Origin: Selaginella moellendorffii
Lineage: Eukaryota > Plantae > Lycopodiophyta
Length of the DNA: 64,000 bases
NCBI RefSeq assembly: GCF_000143415.4
Contig: NW_003314269.1
Location: 2,845,060 to 2,909,059, forward strand
Direction of reading: 5' to 3'
Part shown: positions 37,051 to 49,321 of the stretch, piece after piece
Numbering within the stretch: the first letter of the stretch is position 1
Layout of the letters: the number at the start of each line of letters is the position of its first letter
The notes under the pieces: generated by a model
Told to the model about the DNA's origin: nothing
Databases searched by the model: none
The model's input: only the letters and a program-made list of their open reading frames with translations
Made by a program: the position numbers and the translations under genes

Positions 37051-38279
37051 GTGTCAGGTTTTGTCCACTCCATGGTGAAATATTTTTTGTTTGTTTATTG
37101 CAGAAGGATTGATGTTCGCTAACAAATTACAATTGATGACAATTGAAAGTTTCCATGTTACTAAATATTTATATATATTGTATTTTACATGAAAAGCCAT
37201 GGAGGCATGTAATGTGACAATAGGCAATGGTATTGTAGGTGGTGTTCAATCGTTCAATGATAAGACGTTGCCCTTGGAAGGCATGCAAAGGCGATTCTAG
37301 GGACATAGTTTGTGGAGGATTTCAGCAGTAGAGATAAAGGTACAAAAGAACCTCTATTATTCTAGTTTTGGTTTTTTGAAGGGATGATTTTTGAAGGTGT
37401 TGGAAGAATGTGTTTTTTCACTTCAGAGTTCTGGAATACAAGGAAGCTCTTGAGTTTATATGGTGTTTCAAGAATTTACCCAATTATCAAGTTCTCAAAT
37501 GTAGTGAGAAGAGCAATCTAGTGTTCTCACAACCAATTCTAAGCTCCATTGTAACAGGTGTGAATTTTCAATGGGGAAAAATATGTTTAAATAGTCAAAA
37601 AATATATTTGTGACAACTGTTCACCATATAAACTTTTGCAGTTCTTTAAGTAACTAGATAGTTTTGTTATAATAATCATACTTAATGTTGGGCTAGATTA
37701 GTTTTTAACACAAATTATTTTTGTTTATAAATGATTTTTCTTATTTTATTTTGTATTTTATTAGTAGTTTTTGTCACTACCCCTTTTTGGTTTACTTAAG
37801 CAAACCTGGATATACCTAAAATATGATTGAATATTCTAGGATATTTTACCATCTAATGGTTGTTATTCATTTAGATTAATCTTGTATCTATAATTTATAA
37901 ATATGTTTAAAATTTATAAACTTTCTAAATACTTTCTTAGTTTATCATACCATATATTCAAAAAAATTAATCTTATATTTATAAATTATAAACATGTTTA
38001 TAATATAAACTTCCATTTGATCAAATAGATTAATAAATAGGAATAACAATACTATCAAGCAAACCAAATATTGTTGCATACAATGCATAGCAAATTATTG
38101 ATGATGAATTCCTAATAATTTGAAAATTTTGAGTTATAGCTTCACCTTCATTTGCAAAAATCATGCAAAATGTTGAAGCAATCCAATATAACTCTTTATT
38201 CACAATTGTACCATCATCAATAATTTATAATAACTATGCCAAGAATAATATATTGTTTTATATTTAAATGCAATTTTGA

Positions 38280-41200
38280 GTGCATGGAATATGGAAATGG
38301 AGTATAGAAATATGCATATCAATTAGCCTAAAACCTTAACTTATCTAGAAGAGTGAGTGGTTTCAATTGAAACCACTCCAATAGCTATTAAAATCCCACT
38401 AGACTAATTTTAGTGTATAGCTATTAATATTAGTATATAGTATCATGACTATACATTTGGACCTCAAATCATTAAGGATGGAAAGCAGTCAAGGATATAG
38501 AAGAACATCAGAAGGAACATCAAGAGGAGGCATTGATGGATTTGATAGTGGTATTACTTATTTATAATCATTTTGTACAAAGTGTTTCAGCCATTATAGT
38601 AAGGAGCTCTTTAGACAAACCATATACCATAAGATTGAGAAAATAAACTAACACCAAGTCATCCACTTTGTGCTTTATAAGTGGATGAAGATGAGAGTTG
38701 GTACCATCATTATTGTCCCACTTATACCCAAATGTTTGGCAAACTATGTTTGAACAAGTGGAAGAATGCTTGTCAAATGTTGATTTTAGGATCTAGCATC
38801 GATAGCTCATGGTGATTGTGAAACTAAACTCAACTTTGTTAATAGTATTGGATTATGACTATATAAAAATTTATATAGTAACACACGAATAAAATTCTAT
38901 ACTTCTATGACATACACATATCGAAGAGATAGCAAATAACCATCTTAATCTGAATATTGAAAGTTCATATACTTCACAATCATTCCTTTAAAGGTTTGAG
39001 CGAGCCATTCCACCAAACCATGTGAAAATGTGGCATATCCCTAGTCAAGATGTTAAAACATGAAATGCTTTGACTATAAATACAGAACCATTATCTAAAA
39101 GAATTTGTTATAGACATATTTACTAGAACACTATTTCATTGAGAATGTAAATGCTGAAATGATAAGTCATCAGTAAGTGATGCAAGATTTTTTGACCTAT
39201 CATAAAGCCTTCGAATCTATAGCTTAACCTTTTGAGCTTCACGAACTTCATCAACAAAAAGTAAATTTTATGTTGCACCTTATGGACATTAAACATTAAA
39301 TATAGCAACTGTTGATGGTATGGAATCCTCGTCTAAAAAATCCACAAATGAAAGAATAATAGACTTGTCAAAAATATGAGAAGAGAGTGAAAAAGGAAGA
39401 TGAGTTCAAAAAAAGACATCAACATCAATCATGGAACTTCCTATGTGATAAACAACCTTGAAATTATATATTTGAAGTTTCAAAGCCTATAATGTTCAAC
39501 TAATTTATGCAATAGGATAACGTTGACTAAGTACACTCGGGCTCTCTTGCATCAACACACTTCCAAAACGGATATCAGAAGCATTTATACTTAAAATGAA
39601 AGTCAAGTGTAGTTAGGAGTTATTAATAGCTCTTTAAGATACGTAAACACCCACTTATAATCTATAAACCAAATGAAAGACAATGTTGAAACCTTCAACA
39701 ATACTCACAACGGTGTAATATAATAAAAAAGATGATCAATAAAATGGCCAAGATATTGCACCTTATCTGATAAACATTGCATATCATTCACACATTTCAA
39801 AGTAAGGAAATTAAAAATAACCACTAGTTTGTCATGATCAACTTGCAAACCTCATGAGAAATATAGTACTCAAGATAAGTTATATCTTTAGACTTAAATA
39901 CACATTTCAACCACTTCAGCTTTAAACCAACTTCCCACAATCAATTTAACACTCAATGAAATCAATAGTCAAATTTGGCATATCGCAAAAAACTTCGTCT
40001 ATCATCTGTAGGAAAGTAGTTGAAGCATTTTTCAAATCAAACAACACCACTAAGAACTCATACAAATTAAATAGTGTATTAACTATTGGCACTTACCAAT
40101 ATCCAAAAGTAAGACCTAACTTAGAAAACTAATGACTTCTCCCCAGAAGATCTAGGAGATCAATAGTATAAGGAAGAGGGTACACATCCAGATGAATCAC
40201 TTCATTTAACAAACAATAATTGATGCAAAAATGAGTATTCTTATTAGGTTTTGTCATAGAATGAGGTAATAACTCCATGACTTTCGAATAACACTCTTTT
40301 CTAACATCTCTTTGATGTTTATATGTAAAATTTTGATCTCCTTTAATGACTGATGATGAATATAAACCTTCATTGAATAAGCATCCCTAGTTAGAACCAA
40401 ATGACGTGTTGCAATCTTGGTCTCAGAGGACAAGCTAAATTCAAAGAGATCAAAATACTACTTCATAAGCCAATCAATTACTAAAGGAACAAAATAGAAA
40501 CATAGGAGTAAATAATGAGGAGACAAAAGTGATGGAAGTAAATGTAAAACCAAATGGACAAAGAGAAACAAAAGTGATATGAATGTAATAAAAATAAAAA
40601 AGTATGAGAAAAAGGCTTAAGTCATATTTGGTATGATTACACTGTAACCAATCCATACTAAGAATGAGGTCAAAAGCTTAACTCAACACGACCCACAACA
40701 ACTGAAGTGATTGCCCCAAGTTTGCCTCATCCTATGCATATGCATGTGTATGGTTGTTGCCATAAAGAATAAAAGCTAGCTTTACCGTACGATATAAATA
40801 TAGACGGCAATATGTGGCAATAGGCCAAGCAATAAAAAATAAATTTAAGCCTGTATCAACTAATATAAAGAGAATAATAGGAAACCTTACATTATAAAAA
40901 TGACTTTGGAAAATAAAAATTAGATAAACTGATGTTGAGTGAACCCCTTGATAATACTTTTGAAAGAAAAATAGAGGGATCATCAACTTATTCACGTAAA
41001 GACTATTCACTACTCACATGACTCATTTCCCAAAAGCATCTTGGTGTTTAAACTTTCCACTACAACAACACTAATAAAACGTTGTTGATGCCAAGATCTC
41101 CATCTAATAAATGGAAAATGTCAATCTGAAAAACACCAATAACACCAATAAATATGGCCAACTTCATCACACAGTCAATAACAAACATCATAGCCATGAT

Positions 41201-42215
41201 CACTTCCTCACCCTTATCTTTGAACGAAAGATGTGCAACAAAATATATAAAAGGCAATATCTTATAATGTTGTACTAAGCAAAAAACATCATTAAGGGTG
41301 GTTAAAGCAAATGCATGTACAAGTCCTATAAAATTTTGATAAAGTGTTGGCCATAATATTCTAAACTTATTTAGCTCCGCACAAAGTAAGAAGTTTCACA
41401 AACAAACACCAAATTGCATCACTAACTTAGATGGCGTTTAATAAAGACAATACAATCAATTAAAAGCATCATCACAATCATTGATATGTCCAAATGCACA
41501 TTTGAAGACTTTTGGGAGAATACTCTAATCCATACGAGTGGTTGCGCTCAAACTATTATACCATTATAACATCAGCCCTTAAAAATATATAAGAAACTCA
41601 TTTAAATATTAAACATCATCCTAAGAATGATATATGTCAATTATTATAAAGTGATCAAACCAATATCATCCCAAGATTCCCACGAAATAACTCTGGCCGG
41701 ATGCAAGTATTAGCAGCAAGAGCAAAAAGAGTTGTATCACATGCTATGAATGTTACCATCAATTAAGTCTAATTATTTAATTATAACCACATAGCATAAT
41801 TGTGCCAATTGTTGCTCCAAAGTTAAAAGAGGAGGAAGTTACTACTTTACCATGAAGATGAATGAAAAGGAAAAAGTAAAAGAGAAGAAATTGAAAAAGC
41901 TATAAAGAAAGTGACATTTAAATAATGCAAAAACTATATTTAAACTAAAATCCCAAATCCAAACACTCCTCTCTCCACCAATGTAAGTGTATGGAATATA
42001 AAATACAAAAATATGCATATCAATTAACATAAAACCAGAAATTTTATATATATATAAAACATATATAGAACATATATATATAACATAAAACCATAACTTA
42101 AATATATATATAAGCGACTGGTCCAAATTAAAATCAATCTTAACAGTTATCAAAATCCTACTATATTAATATTGGTGTAATATTAGTATACAGCAACATT
42201 TGGACCTCACAATGT
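38280..42215 (-). mobile_element. Second degenerate Ty3/gypsy element, related to 27860-30890
   Basis: Reverse complement of 39000-40080 aligns by eye with 27870-29010 and 30570-30690. Direct repeats at ~38280-38470 and ~41985-42215 (aaatatgcatatcaatta...aaaacc; tattagtata...catttggacctca) are probable LTR remnants. Confidence 0.7.
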
Positions 42216-42562
42216 TACATTTTACAATGGGAATATTCAATTCTTATTTTTATTTTAATTAAAATTGAATCTTTCTATACTTTTCTCAATATAAATATTG
42301 TGTAGAAAAGATTATTGTGCTCAAAGAGAATATGGTGGCTCACTTCAGAACCCATAGTTTAGCATACTGTGCTACTAAACACGTTGTGCCAGAGATACAG
42401 ATTCAGATTTAACGCACTCTGAGCCAGATTTAATGCTTGGTCTTATGTCGTTAATTTTGTGCTTGCGCAAACAGAGAGCTGAGAGCATCGTTTTGAGCAG
42501 GGTTTCTAGCTACAAGCAGACAGACATTTGAAAATGGAATAAAAAAGATCGACCCCCTCTTC

Positions 42563-44167
42563 TCACTCCGAGGGTGGCATGGCGCACGTCTTGCCGTGAT
42601 GAACAGTGTAGAGGAACGGATCGTCACAGTCGTTGTTGATGCCAAAAGCGGCCGAGAGCTGGAGCAGCTCATCGACGATCTTCTGCGGAAGGCTGGGAGT
42701 CCGGGAAAGAATGAACATCCCCTGGTGGATCGCTCCCGTCACCTTGTTCTGCGAGCACGAGTAAACCAGCGAGGCCCGGTATCCCTGCATTGCCCGCCCT
42801 CGCAGCGATAGCACCCAGTATGGAGCCGCGGGTGGCGGCACAGGCGCGGCGATGGATGGCGCGAGCTGGAGCTTGAGCTTCCCGGGAGAGGTGACGTTCT
42901 GGATGGCAAAGCCGGCAGAGGTGTCGAAGCTCGGCGCGGTGGTGTTGGGCGATGCGGTGCTGATGGCGAGATCGATGAGGCCGCGAGCCGCCGCGATGCC
43001 TTTCAGCGTGAGACGCATCGCCAGGACCTGGGAGAGGATGGCGTCGCCGGTGGTGCTCAGGTCCGTGGAAGCCGACGTGAGCCGGACGCTCGACTCGAGG
43101 TCCCCGACGAAGAGGAGCTGCGCCGAGATGTTGACGATCTTGGGCGTGCACTGCGTCATCTTGTGGACCGACTGACGCAGCGAGTCCACCAGCGCGTTGG
43201 CTTGATCCAGGAGGCCGTCCAGAGCCTCGAGGCGGGCTCCCTGCGCCATCAGCGTCGCGTTGCGCTGCTCCGGGGTGGTGGCGTTGGCGAAGATCTCCGC
43301 CTGGCTCAGGTCGCCGTCGAGACGCTGGATGCTTTCCATGCACGGCGAGAAGAGGTCGAGCGTCGCCTCCATCTCTCCGATGGCCGAGAAGATCTGGTCT
43401 TGGAGCTCCAGCAGCTCGGCGGCGAAGTTCCCTTGCTCGACGGCCGCGGCCACGGACGCGAGCTCCACTGCTGCTCTGGTGGTGTGGCTGTCGTTGGCGA
43501 CTCGGTCGCAGATGGTTCGAGCGCCCGAGCAGGCGCTTCCAGCCGCGGCCGCAACCTGCTGGACGCCGAGCGATGTGAGCGGGCCGGCAACGTGAAGCCC
43601 GACGTTGGTGACGGACATGTTTGGCGCTTGGGCGAAGCTCGAGGTGTTGGGGACGGCGTACACGGCCTGGTTGCAGATGGTCCCGGCCTCGAGCAGCAGC
43701 TTGGAGGTGGCGGTGGCTCCAATCTCGTACCACTTGCCGGCGTAGTCCGGGAGCTGGATGTAGTCGAACGTCGGAGGATTCGGACATGTCTTGCGGAGGA
43801 CCGAGCGCGAGCAGAAGCTTGTTGGAACACGTAAAGGTGGCGGGGAGGCTGGAGATGGAGCTGGAGCTGGAACCAAAGCTTCAGTTGGAGACAAAGCTTC
43901 AGGTGGTGATGGTGATGGAGGCAGAAAGACGGGAGCTGAAAACGGCGGCGGGAGTTCTGATGGAGACGGAGACGGCGACGGCGACTGTGGGATGCCAAAG
44001 ATTTGTGGAGAAGGAACCGGGGGCTCCGCCGGAGCGCTCTCTGGAGAGACTGGCAAGACGGGCCCTTGTTCTGGACTTTCGGCCGGAGATTCTACCGGAG
44101 CTTGAGCCGTGCACGAGACGATGAGTAGCGTCGCTATCAGGAGCGCAAGAACTGCTATAGAAGCCAT
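42563..44167 (-). CDS. Secreted Pro-rich protein with a lipocalin (ApoD/TIL-like) fold split by a long helical insertion; intronless, 534 aa
   Basis: Signal peptide; SP/AP-rich stalk; YAGKWYEIG (SCR1) and CNQAVY; an Ala/Leu/Gln heptad-like middle; then GKLKL, APYWVL, SLVYSC and FILSRTPSLP (SCR3). Confidence 0.8.
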   Translation of the reverse strand: MASIAVLALLIATLLIVSCTAQAPVESPAESPEQGPVLPVSPESAPAEPPVPSPQIFGIPQSPSPSPSPSELPPPFSAPVFLPPSPSPPEALSPTEALVPAPAPSPASPPPLRVPTSFCSRSVLRKTCPNPPTFDYIQLPDYAGKWYEIGATATSKLLLEAGTICNQAVYAVPNTSSFAQAPNMSVTNVGLHVAGPLTSLGVQQVAAAAGSACSGARTICDRVANDSHTTRAAVELASVAAAVEQGNFAAELLELQDQIFSAIGEMEATLDLFSPCMESIQRLDGDLSQAEIFANATTPEQRNATLMAQGARLEALDGLLDQANALVDSLRQSVHKMTQCTPKIVNISAQLLFVGDLESSVRLTSASTDLSTTGDAILSQVLAMRLTLKGIAAARGLIDLAISTASPNTTAPSFDTSAGFAIQNVTSPGKLKLQLAPSIAAPVPPPAAPYWVLSLRGRAMQGYRASLVYSCSQNKVTGAIHQGMFILSRTPSLPQKIVDELLQLSAAFGINNDCDDPFLYTVHHGKTCAMPPSE

Positions 44168-44693
44168 CTTGGAAGCTACATGGAAAAAGAAAAAGATCCA
44201 TCCGAGTGAGCAAAGAAGTCGGGATGAAAGAAAGTTCTACCTTTTGCGTGCTACCGAGGCTGAAAAGAACAGGAACAAGCTGGTCGTTTTGAGAAGACAA
44301 TTTGAAAGCGACGATCCAAGAAGATAAGTTTATACTTGCCGGATTACTACAACGGGCTGATTTCCAGGAGAGATACAGCCATCATCAAACTGATCGATTC
44401 CGTTACGTCCAAATCTACAAGCCACCAATCGTCAGTCGACATTTTTCTCCGCACAAAATGGAATGATCTCACTTGACAATCTCCGGTCATTATGGAAAAA
44501 AAAGCCCGATTCGACGAAGCTAACGATCCTGGATCACAATAAAAACCGGTGCTCACAAGTCAGACAAACAGAACAGGAATTTCTCGCGACCCGACTGTTG
44601 CATTTTATTTTATTGTTTCTGAAGGAGAAGCCAAGCAAACTTCTATAAAGATTGAATCCTTTAAAAAATGGATACCAGGCACGAAGTTTCGTT

Positions 44694-45517
44694 TTAGACG
44701 CCTGCCTTGCAAGAGCTTAAGACCCCGCGGATCCTTTCCATCAGCTTTGCTGCCGGTAGAGCACCTTCCTGCAAAAGAACCCATGGATTTTAGCAATGAA
44801 GTTGAAAGAAGTTTTCTCTTTTTGCTTAGAACTTACGAAACGATCCACAGGCGAGCCGTTCTTGAAGAGAATGAATGTTGGAAGAGCCTCGATGCTGTAC
44901 TTGCTCGCCAAGTCCGAGTATTTCTCCGAATCGATTTTTACCTGGAAATGAGAAGCTTGGAAACCAATCGAACAAAAAGAGAGAAGAATGGGCTTACCAC
45001 AGTGATCTCATCCTTCATTGCCGTTTGGACTTCACCAAGGATGGGAACCATGAACTGGCACGGACCACACCTTTCACAGAAGACGACGGCAACTAAATCA
45101 ATCTTTAGGCACGAAGAAACTTGCGAGGGATTCATTACCACATACCATGTTGCGTAGAAGTCGACGAGCACGGGACGATCCGACTTTTGCAGGAGCTCAT
45201 CGAAGGATGAGAAGGTCTTCTTACTCGCGCACACCTGCGATTTAAAGGTCATTAGTGATATAGCTCGAAATTTTCGTGAATCACGAGAATCCACTCTAGA
45301 TGGACACAAATCCCCACATTCTCTAGCTAAATCTCACCTGTAGCGATCGCGCTTGACGCCCTGCTAACTGCAGTGGCAGTGATTGGAGCTTGCATCCAAA
45401 GAAGGCCGTCGTCGCGGGGCTTCTCACGCTCAATCCCTTGCTCAAGGCCGACGAAGTGGACGCAGCGCCAGAGATCCTGGCGAGCGGCACCGCCTGTGGC
45501 GCTGCCACAAGCTCCAT
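44694..45517 (-). CDS. TRX-y: Thioredoxin y, chloroplastic (multi-exon)
   Basis: Transit peptide; KKTFSSFDELLQKSDRPVLVDFYATW|CGPCQFM with an intron inside the WCGPC active site; KIDSEKY...IEALPTFILFKNG. Confidence 0.9.
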
Positions 45518-45769
45518 TTCTTCGATACAAACCCTACAAAATGCCCGATCTGTGGCCGTCCAATGCACGGAGCAAATCCAACGGGCATAGACAAATATCT
45601 CCGCCACTTCCCAGAATATGCCCGTATTAAACTGTTTAGCAGAATATACGTTTTCTAACTTCAAAACTAACAGAATGAGCGCCTTGAAAAGAATATTCCG
45701 TGTGTGTGGCCCCACTCTAGCGGCTGAGGGTTTAGGGTTTTGGAAGAGAGGAAGGCAAGGGAAGGGATT

Positions 45770-47147
45770 ATGGCGGCACCCAGGGTAGCAGGGCTGCTCA
45801 ACAATGTGGCGCGCGTCGCCGTGGCGCTGGGAATCGGCGGCAGCATCCTCAATGCGTCGCTCTACACGGTGGATGGGGGCGAGCAGGCGGTGATCTTCGA
45901 TCGGCTGCGCGGCGTGCTGGATGAGACCGTCGGCGAGGGCACGCACGTCCTCATTCCGCTGCTCCAGAAGCCTTACATCTTCGACATTCGCACGCGCCCT
46001 AGAGCGATCTCGTCGGTCACGGGCACCAAGGATCTCCAGATGGTCAATCTCACGCTCAGGGTGCTGTCGCGGCCGGATGTGGGCAGCCTCCCGTCGATCT
46101 TCAAGACGCTGGGCGTGGATTACGACGAGCGCGTGCTGCCCTCGATTGGGAACGAGGTGCTCAAGGCTGTGGTCGCGCAGTTCAATGCCGACCAGCTCCT
46201 CACGGATCGCCCATACGTCTCGGCCCTTGTCCGTGAAGGTAAGCTTTCTATCCTCCTTTGTTTCTCTTTTCTTCTTTTAGAATGCGATCGATATAAAGCA
46301 TTTAGCCTTGTTGTGCCTGTTGGCTTTTTTTTATTGCCTTCGCGATGGATGCTTGATTGTTTTACTCGTTGTTTAGTTTTGTTCTTCATCTTCTCTATGG
46401 CGATGATAATCTCTTTTTCCCTTATGGATGTTGGTTTTATTCGTATTACCTAGGCTCTTTCTTACGTATTTTTTCGTCATGCCTTTACACTTGGTCGATG
46501 CATGGCTCTATGGTTTCCAGATGAGAATGAATCTTAGTTCTTACCACCCTCTTTTATTTCTTTTTTCGTTATGGGTGTTGGTTTTGTTCGTATTGCTTGG
46601 GCTCTTTCTTACGTTTTTTTTTGTCATGGGCTTTACCCTTGGTCGATAAATGGCGCTGCTCTCCAGATGAGAATGAAATGATTGCCTTTGGTCGATGCAT
46701 GGCTCTATAGTTTCCAGATGAAAATGAGATCGTAGTTTTTACTACTGCTTTCTTCTTCTTGTGCTTGCAGGACTTGTGAAGCGAGCAAAGGATTTCAACA
46801 TCCAACTGGACGACGTGGCCATCACCCATCTCTCCTACGGCACGGAGTTCGCCAGAGCCGTCGAGGCCAAGCAAGTCGCGCAGCAGGAGGCCGAGCGTTC
46901 CAAGTTCGTGGTGGCAAAGGCCGAGCAGGAGCGCCGCGCCGCGATCATCCGCGCCGAGGGCGAGGGAGAGGCCGCGAAGCTCATCTCCCAGGCCACCGCC
47001 AACGCCGGCTTTGGCCTCATCGAGCTCCGGCGCATCGAGGCTGCTCGCGACATCGCCAACACCCTCTCCAAGAACAAGAACCTGGCCTATCTCCCCGGTG
47101 GAAACAACATGCTGCTCAACATCAATCCTGCCAGGCTCGTCAACTAG
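45770..47147 (+). CDS. PHB3: Prohibitin (PHB3/4-like), exons 45770-46238 and 46771-47147
   Basis: [32 protein letters not shown] and [19 protein letters not shown]. Confidence 0.93.
46420..46730. repeat. Imperfect tandem repeats inside the prohibitin intron
   Basis: tatgg.tgttggtttt.ttcgtatt...ggctctttcttacgt...ttggtcgat...tccagatgagaatgaa at ~46422 and ~46570; partial third copy at ~46688. Confidence 0.75.
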
Positions 47148-47392
47148 GCTCTCCCACAGGTACTCCATGGAATAGTTTGTCCAAGTGTTCGCTCTACTTG
47201 GAACTTCATATTGTTTTCCTTGTGTTTCTTTTCACTTCAGAAGGTAAGTCTCTCGTCCGGGAATTTTGTCTGAGATCTTCCAATAAATCGATGCGAACCA
47301 GCCGAGATTATTTTCCAAGTGTAAGATTTACATTCACAAGCGAAATCTAGCAGTCGCCCAGCGCGATTCGAGAAAAAGCCGCAAAGAACTAG

Positions 47393-48499
47393 TCAGGCTG
47401 CGCTACCGTAAACCATGGCGCTGAAAGACTTCACCTCTGGGAGCTCGGCCACCGCTCGAACGTACTTGCTGTCTTGGCGATTGTCCAGCAGCATTCCAAC
47501 GCTGGAAACGGCGGGGACGAGCTTCGCGAGCGGCAGTCCCACCGCCGGCTGGCCCTGGTAGTAGGGAAGCAAGTCTTGCACCATCGTGTCTAGGAGAGCG
47601 TCAAGCACAGCACCCAGCGTGTGCTGGAACTCCGCGCTCGAGATCACGTCCCGGGCTTTGGCCACGAGTAGCTGCTCGTCATCGTCTCGGCTGTGAGAAC
47701 TCTCGGCGACTGGATAGTCTTCTTGCGGGAGCTTGTCATTCTCTGGAAGCAAGTAGCGGCACCAATCGTTCTGCTGCTTCTCGAACGCGGCCTGGATCTG
47801 GATGAGCAAGTCCCGGAGCTCGTCGAACGAGTACGTTTTCTTGAGGGAGATGTCTCTCATCACCTCGGTCACCGCCTCTTCCACGTCCTGGACGAGAAGC
47901 GCGATCCCATGCAAGGGGAGGAAGTCGCCAAACGCTAGGAACTTGTGCTGGGTGCTGAACGGGAGATCGCCGAACGAGGCAGTGCTGATGAAGAGCTGCC
48001 TGCCCAAGAGATTGAGCTGGACCCGGACGAAGAGCTGGACGAGACCCATCCCCCAGGCGGCGCACAGCGTCCTTGTGAAGCTGGAGACCTTGAGCTTCTG
48101 CCAGAGATTGAGCTTCTCGTCGGGGGTGAGCGCTTGCGGCCCCTCCTTGCCCGCCATGAGCTGCCGCGTGAGCTCCGAGAGGTTGACGAGCTCGAAGAGC
48201 CGCTCGCTGAGGTGCGCGAGCAGCGACGGCAGCGTCGTGGCATCGGCCAGGAGCTGGATTTCGTCGCAATGCCGGCGGAGGTGGAGGATGCGCTCCTCCT
48301 CCTTCTCCGCCCTAAGCCTGGATTCCTCCTCCTCCACCGCCCTAGCCCTAGCAAGCGCCGCGGCGCTGTACCTGGTGAATCCGTAGTAGAGCACGCATCC
48401 CGCGCCCAGCGCGCCCGCGGCGATGAGAATTGCGCGGCGGCGCCGCCGGAACCAGGCCCGGAGATCGCCATAGCACGCCATATGGAGCGGCGTCGTCAT
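47393..48499 (-). CDS. PEX3: Peroxin 3, intronless
   Basis: Basic RRRRR followed by a TM segment at the N-terminus; QLLADATTLP; EKLNLWQKLKVSSFTR; RVQLNLLGRQLF; LPLAKLVP. Confidence 0.9.
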   Translation of the reverse strand: MTTPLHMACYGDLRAWFRRRRRAILIAAGALGAGCVLYYGFTRYSAAALARARAVEEEESRLRAEKEEERILHLRRHCDEIQLLADATTLPSLLAHLSERLFELVNLSELTRQLMAGKEGPQALTPDEKLNLWQKLKVSSFTRTLCAAWGMGLVQLFVRVQLNLLGRQLFISTASFGDLPFSTQHKFLAFGDFLPLHGIALLVQDVEEAVTEVMRDISLKKTYSFDELRDLLIQIQAAFEKQQNDWCRYLLPENDKLPQEDYPVAESSHSRDDDEQLLVAKARDVISSAEFQHTLGAVLDALLDTMVQDLLPYYQGQPAVGLPLAKLVPAVSSVGMLLDNRQDSKYVRAVAELPEVKSFSAMVYGSAA

Positions 48500-48659
48500 C
48501 GCCCCTCTTCTTCCTTGCCCCGCTAGGGTTCCATCAGCTCCCCGTCGCGAGCGCCAAAAGCATTATTGGAAAGAATGGAGCTAAAGATTAGGGCTCATGT
48601 GGCGTGGTAAAGATGGCAATGGTAAATTCTATAAAATATCACAAAATATCGCGATGTTT

Positions 48660-49261
48660 CTACACCAAGACGATTTCTTCGTCACACTGCTGGAACACGA
48701 AATTACAGTCGGCCGCGTCGGACAGTAACTCGTCAATATCCACGCAGGAGTTACCCTGCGTGGTGGAAGTTTTACCCTGTAAGACGAAAATGGAGAGGTA
48801 AGCGTTTTTTAACCCGCGTGAAGTTCATGCTGAACTACTCACCACTGGGACGCTGTTCATGGCCTCGTGAACCTCTTCCTTGGAGATTGTGCCTCTCATC
48901 TGCCAAGATCCACGAATCAATGGAGAAATTTTCGAAAAGAAATCGTTCGCTCTCTCACCTGTGTAGTCTCGTAATCCTTCTCTAGCTCCACGAGCGTTTG
49001 CTGCGCCACTAAAGCCTCGAATTCCTTGCCAACGTTCTCCAGCCCTGATTTCGACGAGCTCGCCCCGCCCGGGTTGTAGTCTAGATCCGGCATTGTGATC
49101 TTGTTGTGGCTACTGCAGCTGCCCGACGATGATCCCGATCCTCCGCAGCAGCCGCCACTCGAGGCTCTTACAGAGATTACTGCGGATTTGGCCCTCCTTT
49201 CCCTGAGATTGGAGGAGATTTTCACCCGCGGTGTCGCCAATGCCGCTGCTATGGATTCCAT
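48660..49261 (-). CDS. Small unknown protein with chloroplast-like transit peptide, probably 3 exons
   Basis: MESIAAALATPRVKISSNLRERRAKSAVISVRA transit-like start; GGCCGG...CSSH; short GT-AG introns near 48960-48905 and 48845-48780; ends ...FQQCDEEIVLV*. Confidence 0.6.
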
Positions 49262-49321
49262 TTGGATAGAGCTCTGTTTTTAGGGCTCTTGGTTGGGGGG
49301 AGTTATATCAGGGCTTCCAGG

